NCBI GenBank assembly: GCA_963762565.1
Contig: CAVXLD010000003.1
Location: 160,001 to 224,000, forward strand
DNA: 64,000 nt
Direction of reading: 5' to 3'
From: an uncultured Verrucomicrobiae bacterium
GTDB taxonomy: Bacteria > Verrucomicrobiota > Verrucomicrobiia > Chthoniobacterales > JAFAMB01
Shown: positions 40,376 through 50,537 of the stretch, in pieces
Layout: the number at the start of each line of letters is the position of its first letter
Position numbering within the stretch: the stretch's first letter is position 1
Notes under the pieces: model-generated
Told to the model about the DNA's origin: nothing
The model's input: the letters and a program-made list of their open reading frames with translations, nothing else
Databases searched by the model: none
Made by a program: the position numbers and the translations under genes

Positions 40376-40786
40376 TTATTTTAGCGCTTTCAGCGCCATG
40401 AAGACCTGGATCCCGCCAACGATAAACAGAAAAGCGCAGGCCGGCCAATTACCCAGGCTACGAGACAACCTCATATCACGCCCATCGCTTCGGTTATAGC
40501 GGATACCGATTTGCTGTCCATTTTGCATCGTTAACCAACTGAAAAAATTGATTCTTACCGTGCCCTGACAAGCCGGTTTCGCGTCCGTAGCGCCCACTTC
40601 ACACAGCAGATAGAAACCCGGCAACCTCCAATCGGGACCGATAGTATTGTCCAAATAAAAGTCTTTGCCGACAACGTTGGCTTTCGCTGTTGCTTGCCCG
40701 AGCGAAAACCTGATCTCTTTTGTCAGAAGAAAGAGAGCCAGCCCAATAAATCCTGCGCTAATAAGTCCAGGAATTAACCATTGCAT
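40376..40786 (-). CDS. Hypothetical membrane protein (DUF3592-like topology)
   Basis: N- and C-terminal TM segments flanking a beta-rich part with GQQIGIRY. Confidence 0.7.
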   Translation of the reverse strand: MQWLIPGLISAGFIGLALFLLTKEIRFSLGQATAKANVVGKDFYLDNTIGPDWRLPGFYLLCEVGATDAKPACQGTVRINFFSWLTMQNGQQIGIRYNRSDGRDMRLSRSLGNWPACAFLFIVGGIQVFMALKALK

Positions 40787-40882
40787 TCGGCCGAGTGTCC
40801 CAAATTCTCGCCCAAATGTCCCGCTAAACCTGGAACCAGAGATACAATGAAACTTTTAGTGTCGGATAAGGGAAAGGACGAT

Positions 40883-42106
40883 ATGAAACGATTCTGTCAA
40901 AGGTTGATGCGCGCTGTCCTGAAATTGTGGACTTGTCGACTCACGCTTCTAGCCCTTGCTCTGATGGGTTCCAGAATGGGTTTGTCTGCTAAGGAATCGA
41001 TCGATACCAATTTGAACTCGACCTATGAAAAACTTATCAAGGAGCACGGCAACGACGTGGCGTTCATATCAGACCTTCGAAACTGGGAACGTGCCTGGGT
41101 AAGCTATCGCGACGCACGCGCTAATTTGGAAGCCTGGATTGTAGGCAAGACAAAACCGGACGAGCCAGCGCGACGTGCCACTGTTGAAAAACTTACCGAC
41201 GCGCAGCTGCAAGCGCTGCGTCAACTCGCAGCCGACGGATCACCATTTGATCCCAATTCGCTTTCGGCGAACCCAAAATGGGAGTGGGCGTGCTGGCGGC
41301 AATATAACTATTATCGCGAGCAGGTTGTCGGCAAGTTCACGTACCTAACTGGTCCTTGGATCTTGGCTCAGAAGGCATGGCTCGGTTATTTGGGAGAGAC
41401 AGAAACTTTTTTGGAAAGCCACGGTCCGGGTACTAAAGGGCAGCTTTCGCAGCTAGTCTCGAATTACGTCGACGAGATGCGTGCGAATGACCTGGATCAG
41501 TTGGCCGGACGGCTTGGGTTGATTCACTATGAACCGAAGGCTGTCTCTAAGGATTCCATTACCGACTGGCGGGATGATCTTACAGTGATCTCAGCGAAAC
41601 AGGATCTACGGGTTGAGTTCACCGACGTCGAAGTACCGGTTGCGATCGCAAATGCTGATAATTCGCGGCAGCAGTTGGCCAACGCGAATCCTGGAGACAC
41701 GAGCAAGGGCAATACCTATGGCTCAGACCTCTTTATTTCGCCGGATTCGCGTTGGATCTTGCAAATTACTTGGAGGGTGCATACGAACCGAGAGAAGAGA
41801 CTAATAGACGCTTTTCTCTACCAAGTTATCCAGATCACGCCGTTGCATCTGCAACGGTATCCAGCCCGGGAGTCGTTTGGCGACTTGGCTATGAGCCTTT
41901 TCCATGTGCCGGACGATTCCTATGCAGACATTCATTTCGTTGAATGGAAGCCGGATGCGCTGGTCATGGCTTTTACTGTACGGCCTGACGTAGAGCCTCA
42001 CCTGGGCGATGATGGTGTGGACTGGCAGTACGAATTTGATTTGCGGAAGCATACGTTTACCAATCCGGCAAGAATGCCAGGGGCTTCTCGGTTGATTGAC
42101 GATTAG
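40883..42106 (+). CDS. Secreted protein with LprI/DUF1311-like domain(s)
   Basis: LNSTYEKL..LR..ERAWVSYRDA; second AQKAWL; start MKRFC after AAGGA. Confidence 0.75.
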   Translation: MKRFCQRLMRAVLKLWTCRLTLLALALMGSRMGLSAKESIDTNLNSTYEKLIKEHGNDVAFISDLRNWERAWVSYRDARANLEAWIVGKTKPDEPARRATVEKLTDAQLQALRQLAADGSPFDPNSLSANPKWEWACWRQYNYYREQVVGKFTYLTGPWILAQKAWLGYLGETETFLESHGPGTKGQLSQLVSNYVDEMRANDLDQLAGRLGLIHYEPKAVSKDSITDWRDDLTVISAKQDLRVEFTDVEVPVAIANADNSRQQLANANPGDTSKGNTYGSDLFISPDSRWILQITWRVHTNREKRLIDAFLYQVIQITPLHLQRYPARESFGDLAMSLFHVPDDSYADIHFVEWKPDALVMAFTVRPDVEPHLGDDGVDWQYEFDLRKHTFTNPARMPGASRLIDD

Positions 42107-42145
42107 GTTGGGGCCTTCGGCAAGACTTCGACGAGCTCATTCGGG

Positions 42146-42429
42146 TCGGCGAGGCTCAGGTGAACTTGGAGCGCTGCCTCGCTTGCGAGGCCGTGGTGAA
42201 CAAGGGGAGATGGTTAGGTAAATCCCACGATGTTCTACACTCTCACTCTATAGTCTCGACCCTACCGTTCCATACGACAGAGCGTAAGGCGACCACGATC
42301 CTGGTTGCATCAATGTCCTTTGTTCACCACGGCCTCGCAAGCGAGGCGCGCTCCACGGGTCCCGACCGCTTCAGCCTCGCCCCACCAATAGTGGCGACCC
42401 CTCGGCCTCGCAAGCGAGGCGCGCTCCAC
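42146..42429. repeat. Family A REPIN plus an extra REP, inside degenerate family D arms
   Basis: 42166-42203/42320-42356, 42403-42429; GGCGAGGCT / AGCCTCGCCCCACC outside. Confidence 0.8.
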
Positions 42430-42478
42430 AATCACTTTTCGCCTTTCACCTTTTGCCGGTTTCGTGCAGGGTTGCTAA

Positions 42479-42706
42479 ATGGGGCGCGAGCATGAGCCTG
42501 ATCATTGGGGGGAAGATGGGATCACGTTTGGTTCAGTTATCGTCGCGATGATCCCTTTCTGTGCCTTAGTGTTTGGGCCGTTCTTGGCGAATCAGCTCGA
42601 ACCACGGATCTTCGGTCTCCCGTTCTTGCTCGCCTATTGTGTTTTCTGGGTTCTAATGACGCCGGCCTTTCTCTTTATCGCGGACCGGCTAAGGAAGCGT
42701 CGATGA
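42479..42706 (+). CDS. DUF3311 small membrane protein
   Basis: N..EP.IFGLPF..Y...W motif; ATGA overlap with the symporter. Confidence 0.88.
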   Translation: MGREHEPDHWGEDGITFGSVIVAMIPFCALVFGPFLANQLEPRIFGLPFLLAYCVFWVLMTPAFLFIADRLRKRR

Positions 42707-44115
42707 ATAGTTTGACTGCGCTTCTCATCGTCCTCTTGGTGATACTGATCACCATCGGGTTCGGGATTTTTGGGGTACGCAGGGTCCGGATGAGTCCGTC
42801 CCAATTTATCCTGGGTGGTCGGTCGTTTGGCGTGATCTTTCTTTGGTTACTGAGCGCCGGGGAGATCTATACTAGCTTCACTTTTTTAGGCGCGGCGGGT
42901 TGGGCTTATGGCAAAGGCGCCCCGGCGTTTTATATCATTTGCTATCTGACCGTCTCCTGCATCACACTTTTTTTCTATTTCCCGCCGGTGTGGAGGATTG
43001 CTCAGCGCGAAGGTCTCCTGACAAACGCCGACTATATCGGTTACAAATATCAAAGCCGGGGTCTTGGGCTCTTGACCGCGCTGGTGGGGGTGGTTTTTCT
43101 TATTCCCTATATCACGTTGCAGCTGACCGGGATTCAGATCCTGTTACAGATCGCCGGTTACGGCACTGTCAACTCGGTGTGGGCGGCCGGGACGGCTTTT
43201 GCGCTGATTGTTGGCTTTGTCTCGGTCGCCGGTCTTCGCGGGGCGGCCTGGGCTAGCCTGATCAAAGACGCTCTGGTGTTGGCGGGGGTTGTGTTTGCCG
43301 GCATTGTGTTGCCCATCCAATTCTTTGGTTCTCCAAAAGGCGTCATTGACGCCGTCCTTAAAGTTGAGCCGCACTGGATGACGTTGGCGAATGGGACGGA
43401 CAATTTTGGAACCGTGTGGTTCGTTTCCACCGTGTTACTATCCGGTCTGGGCGGCTTCATGTATCCACACGCGTTCGCCGCCAATTTAGCTGCCAGCAGT
43501 CCGAACACGATCAGGCGTAACGCGATGATTTTACCATTCTACCAGTTGATGTTGTTGCTGGTGTTTTTTGCCGGATTCACCGCTCTCCTGATGAAGCCTG
43601 GACTCAAAGGAACCGAGGCGGATCAATCGTTTATGCTGGTGGTACAAGAGCATTACCCATCCTGGGTCCTCGGGATTATTGCCGGTGCCGGCTGTTTAGC
43701 CGGGTTGGTCCCTGCGTCGGCCCAGATTCTGGCGGCGGCGAGCTTGCTTTCGCGAAACGTGTTCAGGGTTTCGGAGGACCGAGTCACGTCTTGGACGAGA
43801 CTTTGGATTGTGTTGATGGCGGTGCTCGCCTTTGGTCTTTGGGTCTATAACCGGGCTAGCTTGGTCGGTCTGTTGTTGATCAGTTATAGCGGAACTACGC
43901 AGCTGTTTCCCGGAGTCATCCTTTCATTACGAACGCGTCCGCCGCATCCGGCGAGCGTGGCGGCAGGTATCGTGGTGGCTTTGGTTCTATTAGCGGTTTT
44001 TGCGTTTGAGGGAGTAGGCGTTGTTTATGGTGTGCATATCGGCGCCGCGGCATTGGTCGCAAACACGGTTTGCCTGTTTGTGGTTGAGTATGTTCTGCGA
44101 CATCGGCACGCGTGA
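42703..44115 (+). CDS. Sodium:solute symporter (MctP/YhjB-like)
   Basis: GGRSFG..FLWLL.AGEIYTSFTFLG.AGWAY; multiple TM segments. Confidence 0.93.
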   Translation: MNSLTALLIVLLVILITIGFGIFGVRRVRMSPSQFILGGRSFGVIFLWLLSAGEIYTSFTFLGAAGWAYGKGAPAFYIICYLTVSCITLFFYFPPVWRIAQREGLLTNADYIGYKYQSRGLGLLTALVGVVFLIPYITLQLTGIQILLQIAGYGTVNSVWAAGTAFALIVGFVSVAGLRGAAWASLIKDALVLAGVVFAGIVLPIQFFGSPKGVIDAVLKVEPHWMTLANGTDNFGTVWFVSTVLLSGLGGFMYPHAFAANLAASSPNTIRRNAMILPFYQLMLLLVFFAGFTALLMKPGLKGTEADQSFMLVVQEHYPSWVLGIIAGAGCLAGLVPASAQILAAASLLSRNVFRVSEDRVTSWTRLWIVLMAVLAFGLWVYNRASLVGLLLISYSGTTQLFPGVILSLRTRPPHPASVAAGIVVALVLLAVFAFEGVGVVYGVHIGAAALVANTVCLFVVEYVLRHRHA

Positions 44116-44480
44116 GGTTTCGTTCTCGTTCTCGTCGTCGTCCTTCCGACTTCGCCAACGTCCTGGTTGTGGAGCGCGCCTCGCTTGCGAGGCCGACTTC
44201 GAGCGATCGGCACTATAGAGCTTGGGCTTCGTCGGACAGGCTGTCCTCGAATCCGGCGGTGCGGATTGATGGAGTACGGGAGTGTCGGAGTAATGCGGTT
44301 GGTCCGAATCGCGGCCCGCGTAGTTGTTACCGACGCCGAGGACCTTTTCTAATCCTGGACGAAATACCCCTCTAGGTTATGGCACGTCCTCGCGGCGCGC
44401 GGAGATCCGACGTCGCCCCGTTGGGAGGAAAATCGATCGGATCCCTTAAGGCTATGTCGGACAGGCAGCGCGCCCTCCCG

Positions 44481-45365
44481 TTACTCCAAGAACTTCCCGG
44501 TTAGCGTGTTAATCCGTTGTTGGACAAACGAGTCTCTTTCGTAGCGTCCGGGCGGTTTTTTGTCTCGTTCGAGCTCCCATTGCTGCTGTTCTGCTGCCAG
44601 TTTGGCTTTGGCATCGGTATCAAGCTTTTGCCAAAGGAGCCCGTAAATTACCTTTAGCTGATGCTGGAGCGACTCCTCGTAGGCCTTTAAAGCCGCAGCT
44701 TCAAATCTTTCATACTCAGAATCCACGTTTTCGCGGACGAGGGCCGACATCGGCCAGACGAAATGTCTGCTTAGCGCGATGATTTGCCCGTTAGCCGGCT
44801 GGTACTCCAAAAACATTTTATCATCATAGAAATTGCCGTCTTTCTGTCCTCGACCGTTAGCGACGAGAACCAACGAATCGTCTTTCCAATATTGGCCGTA
44901 GACGGAATCGAAAGTAAACCCAGGACGGGCACTGTTCTCGAACGTGGATTTTATTTTGGCGTTGAGATCGGCGGTATTCAGCTCATCGAACCGGCGTTCA
45001 GCAACGTGCTTGAACAGGTAGCATCCAGCCCCATGAATTCCGACGCCCAGGTTAACGCAGAGCCAGCGTTCATCCTTCGAGTAGTAGACGCCGGCAAAGC
45101 CTTTGCCCTGGAAGTCGTCACCGATAGCCGACTTTTGCTCTGGATTTGCTGTCTCGATAACAAAGACCCGATGCACCGGCGGATCCTGGTGCGAATCGAC
45201 GGTGGCAAATAAATAGTGGCCGCTCTCGGAAACGACATAGTCGGAGAAGGTTTCGATCGGGGTTGCGTGGCTGCTGAGGGTTAATAACGCCGACATCGCC
45301 GCCAGCGCCGTCATCGCCGGCAACGCCGCCAACGTTTTTGAACAGGAGTGGAGTAGCTTTGGCAT
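44481..45365 (-). CDS. Secreted hypothetical protein with C-terminal LprI-like helices
   Basis: Signal peptide; L...Y..L..KL...AK.KL..EQ.QW...RD. Confidence 0.75.
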   Translation of the reverse strand: MPKLLHSCSKTLAALPAMTALAAMSALLTLSSHATPIETFSDYVVSESGHYLFATVDSHQDPPVHRVFVIETANPEQKSAIGDDFQGKGFAGVYYSKDERWLCVNLGVGIHGAGCYLFKHVAERRFDELNTADLNAKIKSTFENSARPGFTFDSVYGQYWKDDSLVLVANGRGQKDGNFYDDKMFLEYQPANGQIIALSRHFVWPMSALVRENVDSEYERFEAAALKAYEESLQHQLKVIYGLLWQKLDTDAKAKLAAEQQQWELERDKKPPGRYERDSFVQQRINTLTGKFLE

Positions 45366-46099
45366 TACTTCTTGGTGGCGGCCTCGAGTTTGTCTTTCCA
45401 GCCGTTCAGGTAAGCGGTGTATTTGGTTTTCTCGTCTTCCTTTAGAAGGGCGGCGATCTTGGGGATCGTGTCCAACATGGTTGCGGATCGATCAGCCATG
45501 GCTTGGATCTTGGAGTCGTCGCCGCTATTCATGGCTTTGATTGCATCGAGATAATCTTTGGCGAACTGCTCGTAGGTTTTGATGAACGCGTTCACGTCCG
45601 GGTTGCTGAAGGTCGGCAAAGCGTCGCTCCCATCAGCGACCTGACTTGCCGGAGCGGCGTTTGCTGCGGCATTAGGAGGTTGAGCGGCCACTGACTGGGG
45701 AACGAACGGTTCGGAGTTGGCTGCCTGGAAATAACCTTGGTTGGTATTGGCACAATAAAATGTCGCGTAGTGATCCGGATTTCGCAGATAGCTAGTGGCC
45801 GATTGAGCCTCGTCTTCAGATAGCTTCTGTTTCAAGACGTGGGGTTCGTTCCGGTTCAGGGCACGATCTAACCAGGAACCTTCACCGGGTTGCAGTCCGG
45901 AATCTGCCTTCGCGGTAGCAGGCCGAAACTCGACGGACAGGATACCATCGGCGTAGTTGAGGTTAAGGTTGGCGTTACCCCGAATACGCAGGGGAAAGTT
46001 GGTCTGAGCGGCGCCAATCAGCGGCGCGATAAATGCCATAGCCAGAAGAATCGAGGTTACCCGGGAGAAGTCTCGTTCCAGTTTTTTGTGTTTGCGCAT
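45365..46099 (-). CDS. Secreted hypothetical two-domain protein
   Basis: Signal peptide; LQPGEGSWLDR..EP; Ala/Pro linker; helical C-domain; TAATG overlap with the next gene. Confidence 0.8.
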   Translation of the reverse strand: MRKHKKLERDFSRVTSILLAMAFIAPLIGAAQTNFPLRIRGNANLNLNYADGILSVEFRPATAKADSGLQPGEGSWLDRALNRNEPHVLKQKLSEDEAQSATSYLRNPDHYATFYCANTNQGYFQAANSEPFVPQSVAAQPPNAAANAAPASQVADGSDALPTFSNPDVNAFIKTYEQFAKDYLDAIKAMNSGDDSKIQAMADRSATMLDTIPKIAALLKEDEKTKYTAYLNGWKDKLEAATKK

Positions 46100-46309
46100 A
46101 TTTCACTTTCCCGAACTGCTCCGGCGGAGTTTCACGAAAACTGTGTCGTGAGGCTAGTCGATAGTGGCAGCTGTAGAAACAACAGAACTGCTTAGCGCTG
46201 GGCCGTACTCGGGAGCCGCCTGCTGCCAACATGCAGAACTTCGAAATTACAAAGCGGCTCCCCTCCAGGCTTGAACGCTCTTCGCGCTTTTGTTTACATC
46301 CTTCGCCAA

Positions 46310-47059
46310 ATGGCTGACTGGCTGAGTTCCACTGCCGGCGGGAGTCTACGATTCGAAACCACACAATGGAGCTTGGTCTCCGCGGCGGCAGCAGAGGACC
46401 AGCAGAACCGTGCCGCCTTCGAGGATCTGTATCGCAGTTATTGTCACCCGGTCTATGCATTCATCCGGCGACGAGGTTATGCCCGTCAAGATGCTCAGGA
46501 TTTAACTCAAGACTTCTTTCTCCATCTCTCGGAGAAGAATGCGTTTATCCGGGCAGATCCCAATCGGGGGAAGTTTCGTAGCTTTCTTTTAGGATCCCTG
46601 CAGTTCTTTCTGCAACATGCTGAAGAACGGGCGAGAACCGAAAAGCGCGGGGGTCATGCCAGAATGATTTTTATCGATGATGAAACTGCCGAGGCCAAAT
46701 ATCAATTGACGGATCAGAGACAAAACGCGGAACAAGTCTTTGACGCACGCTGGGCGGCAACGCTGATCCAAGGCACGGTCAACCGTCTAAAGACGGAGAT
46801 GGAGTCGGCGGGAAAAGCGGGCTTATTCGAGCAAATCCGTGGGTTCTTGATTGATGGCGAAGATGCTTCTTACCAGGAGATCGCGGAGCGGACTGGGTTA
46901 ACCCTGGGGGCAGTCAAGTTAACGATTCATCGAATGAGAGCGCGCTACCGGGAACTACTGCGGGCGGAGGTCGCGAGAACGGTGGTCAGTTCGGCGGATT
47001 TCGAGCAAGAGATACAAGCGCTGCGGGAATCCTTACAAAGCGGTTATTTGGCGGCTTGA
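46310..47059 (+). CDS. ECF sigma-70 factor, copy 2
   Basis: Near-identical to 30587-31339 over long stretches; start MADWLSS. Confidence 0.92.
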   Translation: MADWLSSTAGGSLRFETTQWSLVSAAAAEDQQNRAAFEDLYRSYCHPVYAFIRRRGYARQDAQDLTQDFFLHLSEKNAFIRADPNRGKFRSFLLGSLQFFLQHAEERARTEKRGGHARMIFIDDETAEAKYQLTDQRQNAEQVFDARWAATLIQGTVNRLKTEMESAGKAGLFEQIRGFLIDGEDASYQEIAERTGLTLGAVKLTIHRMRARYRELLRAEVARTVVSSADFEQEIQALRESLQSGYLAA

Positions 47060-47063
47060 ACTT

Positions 47064-47164
47064 GTGTCCTGTCCCATAAATAACGTGGCTTTCGTTGCGA
47101 TCAAAATGGGCCGCCGGCAAGGCGGCTGCCGGGCGAAAGCCACGTTACTTATGGGACAGGACAC
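47064..47164. mobile_element. MITE-like element with 31-bp terminal inverted repeats
   Basis: GTGTCCTGTCCCATAAATAACGTGGCTTTCG vs CGAAAGCCACGTTACTTATGGGACAGGACAC (1 mismatch); flanks CTTG / CTAG. Confidence 0.7.
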
Positions 47165-47235
47165 TAGGCACCGGGTGGCAGGAGAGGTTAGCGATTGCCC
47201 GTAGTCTGCTTTTCCGCTAATGCGTTATCGGAATT

Positions 47236-49644
47236 ATGGGTCCTGCCGGTCCGCCGAATCTCGCTGTTTGCCGGCATTGTGGAGCCCAGATCGCTTCGGA
47301 GGATTCTTACTCGGGGTATTGTTTCAGCTGTCTCCTGGCGCCGGCTGTAGCTCCTGACGACCAAATGGCGATGGATGCAGACGCGCGGTTTGATCACTAC
47401 GAGATTTTGACGCATCCGGATGGATCGTTGGTCGAATTGGGACGCGGTTCAATGGGGATAACCTATCAAGCGGTTGACAGGACCTTACAGTTCCCGGTCG
47501 CGCTAAAGGTCATTAATTGGCGAACGCCGGGAGAAAAGATTTTGCAGGAGCGTTTTTTACGGGAGGCTCGCGCCGCAGCCCGGCTGAGACATCCCCATGT
47601 TGCCAGCGTCCTGTACTATGGGGTTAGATCGGACGGCCAATGCTTTTATACGATGGAATTCGTGGAGGGCGAGACCCTGGCTAAACGAATCCAACGCAGC
47701 GGCCCGCTACCGGTTGCGGAGGCGCTGGAAGTGGTAAGTCAGGTGGCAGACGCCCTGGGAGCTGCGGAAAAGCACGGGCTAGTGCATCGGGATCTCAAGC
47801 CGGCAAACCTGATGCTATTGAACGGGCCGGGGACTAAGGTAAAGATCATTGACTTTGGTCTGGCCAAGTCAATCGGAGATAATGCGGACACCGTTACGAT
47901 TACCCAATCCGGATTTCTGGGGACGCCAGCATTTGCGAGTCCGGAACAGTTTTCCGGCGCCCCGATAGACCATCGTTCGGATTATTTTTCTCTCGGCAGC
48001 ACGTTCTTCTATTTGCTGACTGGGACGGTTGCCTTCCGGGCAAACGAAATTGGCGGTGTCGCGGACGGGCTGAAGAACAGCGAGAAGCCGGTCGAACGAC
48101 TTAAGAAGGCCGGAATGCCTTTGCCGGTGCGGGAATTGGTCGGCGCGCTCTTGAGCGCCGATCCGGCAAACCGACCGCAAAACGGAACTGCCCTCAGCAT
48201 GGCAATTGCCAAGTGCAAACAGGAAGTGGCGGATCTGAAGCAGAGAGAAAAGGTTAACTGGAGATCGGTTAGGGGCTTAGCGCTGGCAGTGGGAATCGCG
48301 CTGATCGCGGGAATCGGAATACTAATCTACGCTCTGAATGTCAGGAACGAGACACCCGCAAAACCAATCGGAAAGGCGGCTTCGAATGACCCGATTGCTT
48401 ACGAGCTTTATTTGCACGCGACCGATCTCATGCAGCATGCCGACGAACAAAGCGGAGCGGAACCTTATTTTACGATGGTCAGATTGTTGGAAGAGGCAAC
48501 CAGGCGCGATCCTAATTTTTTTGCCGCTTGGGAAGAGTTGGCCGTGGCTGATGATGGGCTCTACACGATGAGAGCCGATTATAGCCCGGGTCGCCGGGCA
48601 CTAGCGGAAGCGGCCATTAACACCGCGCTAAAACTGCAGCCCGATAATCCTGACGTTCATTTGGAAATGGCGATTCACGTGTTTTCGACTGAGCGCGATT
48701 TTAAGCGTGCTCTGGAAGAAGCGAAAATCGCTACGCAGTCAACGGTACAGGCACATCGGGCCTATCTTCTGATCGGCGAGTTTAGTTGCTGCCTTGGGCA
48801 ATGGAAGGATGCGCTAACGAGCTATCAAAAGGCATACGAGATCAATCCGAAGATTCACACAATGCTCGAGGACCAGATAACCTTGTACCAGCGCCATCGC
48901 GATTACGCTGAAGCGCTTCGGGTTCTCGATCAGGCTGCTTCCACGGGTTCATCATTCCCAAACGTTGTCGAGCAGATGCGGGCGGAGATTCTATGGCAGG
49001 AGAAAGGCGATACGTCGGCCTACCAGGCCATCTTTGACGACCCGAGCGGATCATTACATCCGAATGGAACAGCAACGCCGCTGAAAATTATGTGCGCACT
49101 AGCCAACCGCGATTTTGCCGGAGCCCAGAAGATTCTAGACGCAGATCGGGCCGAAGAATTCAGTAATGACGCCGGACAGTTTACGTCTCGAAACGATCTG
49201 CAAGGCTGGATCGCCCGCTCAAAGAGTGACGAAGCGGGGGCTAGGAATCCGTATGAAAAGGCGCGAACCTATTATCTAACGAAGGTCCAGAAATGGGCGG
49301 ATGATCCGGTTCCGTTGATGTCGCTGGCCATAACGGACGCTGCTCTTGGTCGGAAAGACGAAGCAATTCAGGAGGCAACCCAAGCCGTTGCCATGAGGCC
49401 GATGAGCAAAGACGCGGTGGACGGTCCGCCGCTTTTGGTGAATCGAGCTCAGGTCTATCTCTGGTTAGGAGAAAAGAATTTAGCTTTGGAGCAGTTAGAA
49501 GCGCTGCAGAATGTTCCTAACGGTCTTACCTACGGTGATCTCAGCAAATCACCAACGTGGGATGCTCTTCGTTGGGAACCGCGTTTTCAGAAGCTGTTAG
49601 CCGGCCTAGGGCCGATCCCGATCGAGAACCGAGGCGAAAAGTGA
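47236..49644 (+). CDS. Ser/Thr protein kinase with TM and TPR domains, copy 2 (lacks the TolB_N-like domain)
   Basis: Kinase motifs intact; collinear with copy 1 except ~134 aa missing after the TM. Confidence 0.95.
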   Translation: MGPAGPPNLAVCRHCGAQIASEDSYSGYCFSCLLAPAVAPDDQMAMDADARFDHYEILTHPDGSLVELGRGSMGITYQAVDRTLQFPVALKVINWRTPGEKILQERFLREARAAARLRHPHVASVLYYGVRSDGQCFYTMEFVEGETLAKRIQRSGPLPVAEALEVVSQVADALGAAEKHGLVHRDLKPANLMLLNGPGTKVKIIDFGLAKSIGDNADTVTITQSGFLGTPAFASPEQFSGAPIDHRSDYFSLGSTFFYLLTGTVAFRANEIGGVADGLKNSEKPVERLKKAGMPLPVRELVGALLSADPANRPQNGTALSMAIAKCKQEVADLKQREKVNWRSVRGLALAVGIALIAGIGILIYALNVRNETPAKPIGKAASNDPIAYELYLHATDLMQHADEQSGAEPYFTMVRLLEEATRRDPNFFAAWEELAVADDGLYTMRADYSPGRRALAEAAINTALKLQPDNPDVHLEMAIHVFSTERDFKRALEEAKIATQSTVQAHRAYLLIGEFSCCLGQWKDALTSYQKAYEINPKIHTMLEDQITLYQRHRDYAEALRVLDQAASTGSSFPNVVEQMRAEILWQEKGDTSAYQAIFDDPSGSLHPNGTATPLKIMCALANRDFAGAQKILDADRAEEFSNDAGQFTSRNDLQGWIARSKSDEAGARNPYEKARTYYLTKVQKWADDPVPLMSLAITDAALGRKDEAIQEATQAVAMRPMSKDAVDGPPLLVNRAQVYLWLGEKNLALEQLEALQNVPNGLTYGDLSKSPTWDALRWEPRFQKLLAGLGPIPIENRGEK

Positions 49645-50057
49645 GCATCGCTCTATTCCTTAAATTTGGTTTTGCGCCGGATTAATCTCTGGGAAGCGAC
49701 AGGGGGCGGAACGGCGAAAGGGCCAAAGGGCGAAAGGGCGAAAGGGCGAAAGGGCGAGGGGAGGGATCGCGTCCTCGCGATCCGTTGTTCGCGGAGATGG
49801 GCGGGTTTGGGTAAAGAGGAATCCAATAAACCGGTAGGTTTGGAACGTCTTCGCGGCGCGCGGGGACGCGATCCCTCCCCTCGCCACATCGCCCGCACGG
49901 CTGATCATTTCGGGCGTCGGCGCGTTTACTCGGAAAAAAACTCCGAAACCTTGCGCGTGGAATCCGTGATTTGTGGATTATGCGGCTTAAGCGTAAGCAA
50001 GTTTGTAAATCCGGCATATCGATTCTCACGGCTTGCCGGCCTATGATCATGCGATCC

Positions 50058-50501
50058 ATGAGAAGAATCAGTCTCGTAATATTCTGTTGCCTGTTCCCGT
50101 TTGTTACCGGAATTGGTTTAGCGAATCCCTCCGAAGCGCTTAAACAGCTCGAAAAGGCCCCATTTTTTCCCTTTGGCGGGGTCGGAGTTGTGGGAAGCCG
50201 GTCGCCCAGCGACACCCTTTTTCTTGAACTCGTGAACGACCCGAATAAGGCCGCGTTGTTTCATTCTCTCTGGGAAGGGGGAAACGACCAAGCCAAGTGC
50301 TATGCTCTACTCGGGCTCTATTGGCTAAAGGATCCGGACGCCGATCGATTTGCTCAGCACCTCATTTTTTGGCATGTATCCGTCGCGACCGCTCACGGCT
50401 GCATGGTTGGGATGAAGGAAGAGGTTGCCACCTTCATTGATAGCCTTAAGTCGGGTCAACATATCAGGTATTATTTTCCTGAATTAGTGGCCGCGCATTA
50501 G
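50058..50501 (+). CDS. Secreted hypothetical protein
   Basis: Signal peptide; F.FGGVG..G; K.YALLGL; HGC. Confidence 0.75.
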   Translation: MRRISLVIFCCLFPFVTGIGLANPSEALKQLEKAPFFPFGGVGVVGSRSPSDTLFLELVNDPNKAALFHSLWEGGNDQAKCYALLGLYWLKDPDADRFAQHLIFWHVSVATAHGCMVGMKEEVATFIDSLKSGQHIRYYFPELVAAH

Positions 50502-50537
50502 GCCGGAAACAAAACAAGAAATGGACACATTCACACG

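Noticed and set aside
30587..49644. Diversity-generating retroelement or prophage as a cause of the duplications
   Set aside because: No reverse transcriptase, no adenine-specific TR/VR pair noticed, and no phage structural genes or integrase.
28626..50501. Integron cassette array of secreted genes
   Set aside because: Mixed orientations, no integron integrase, and no consistent RYYYAAC...GTTRRRY attC sites noticed.
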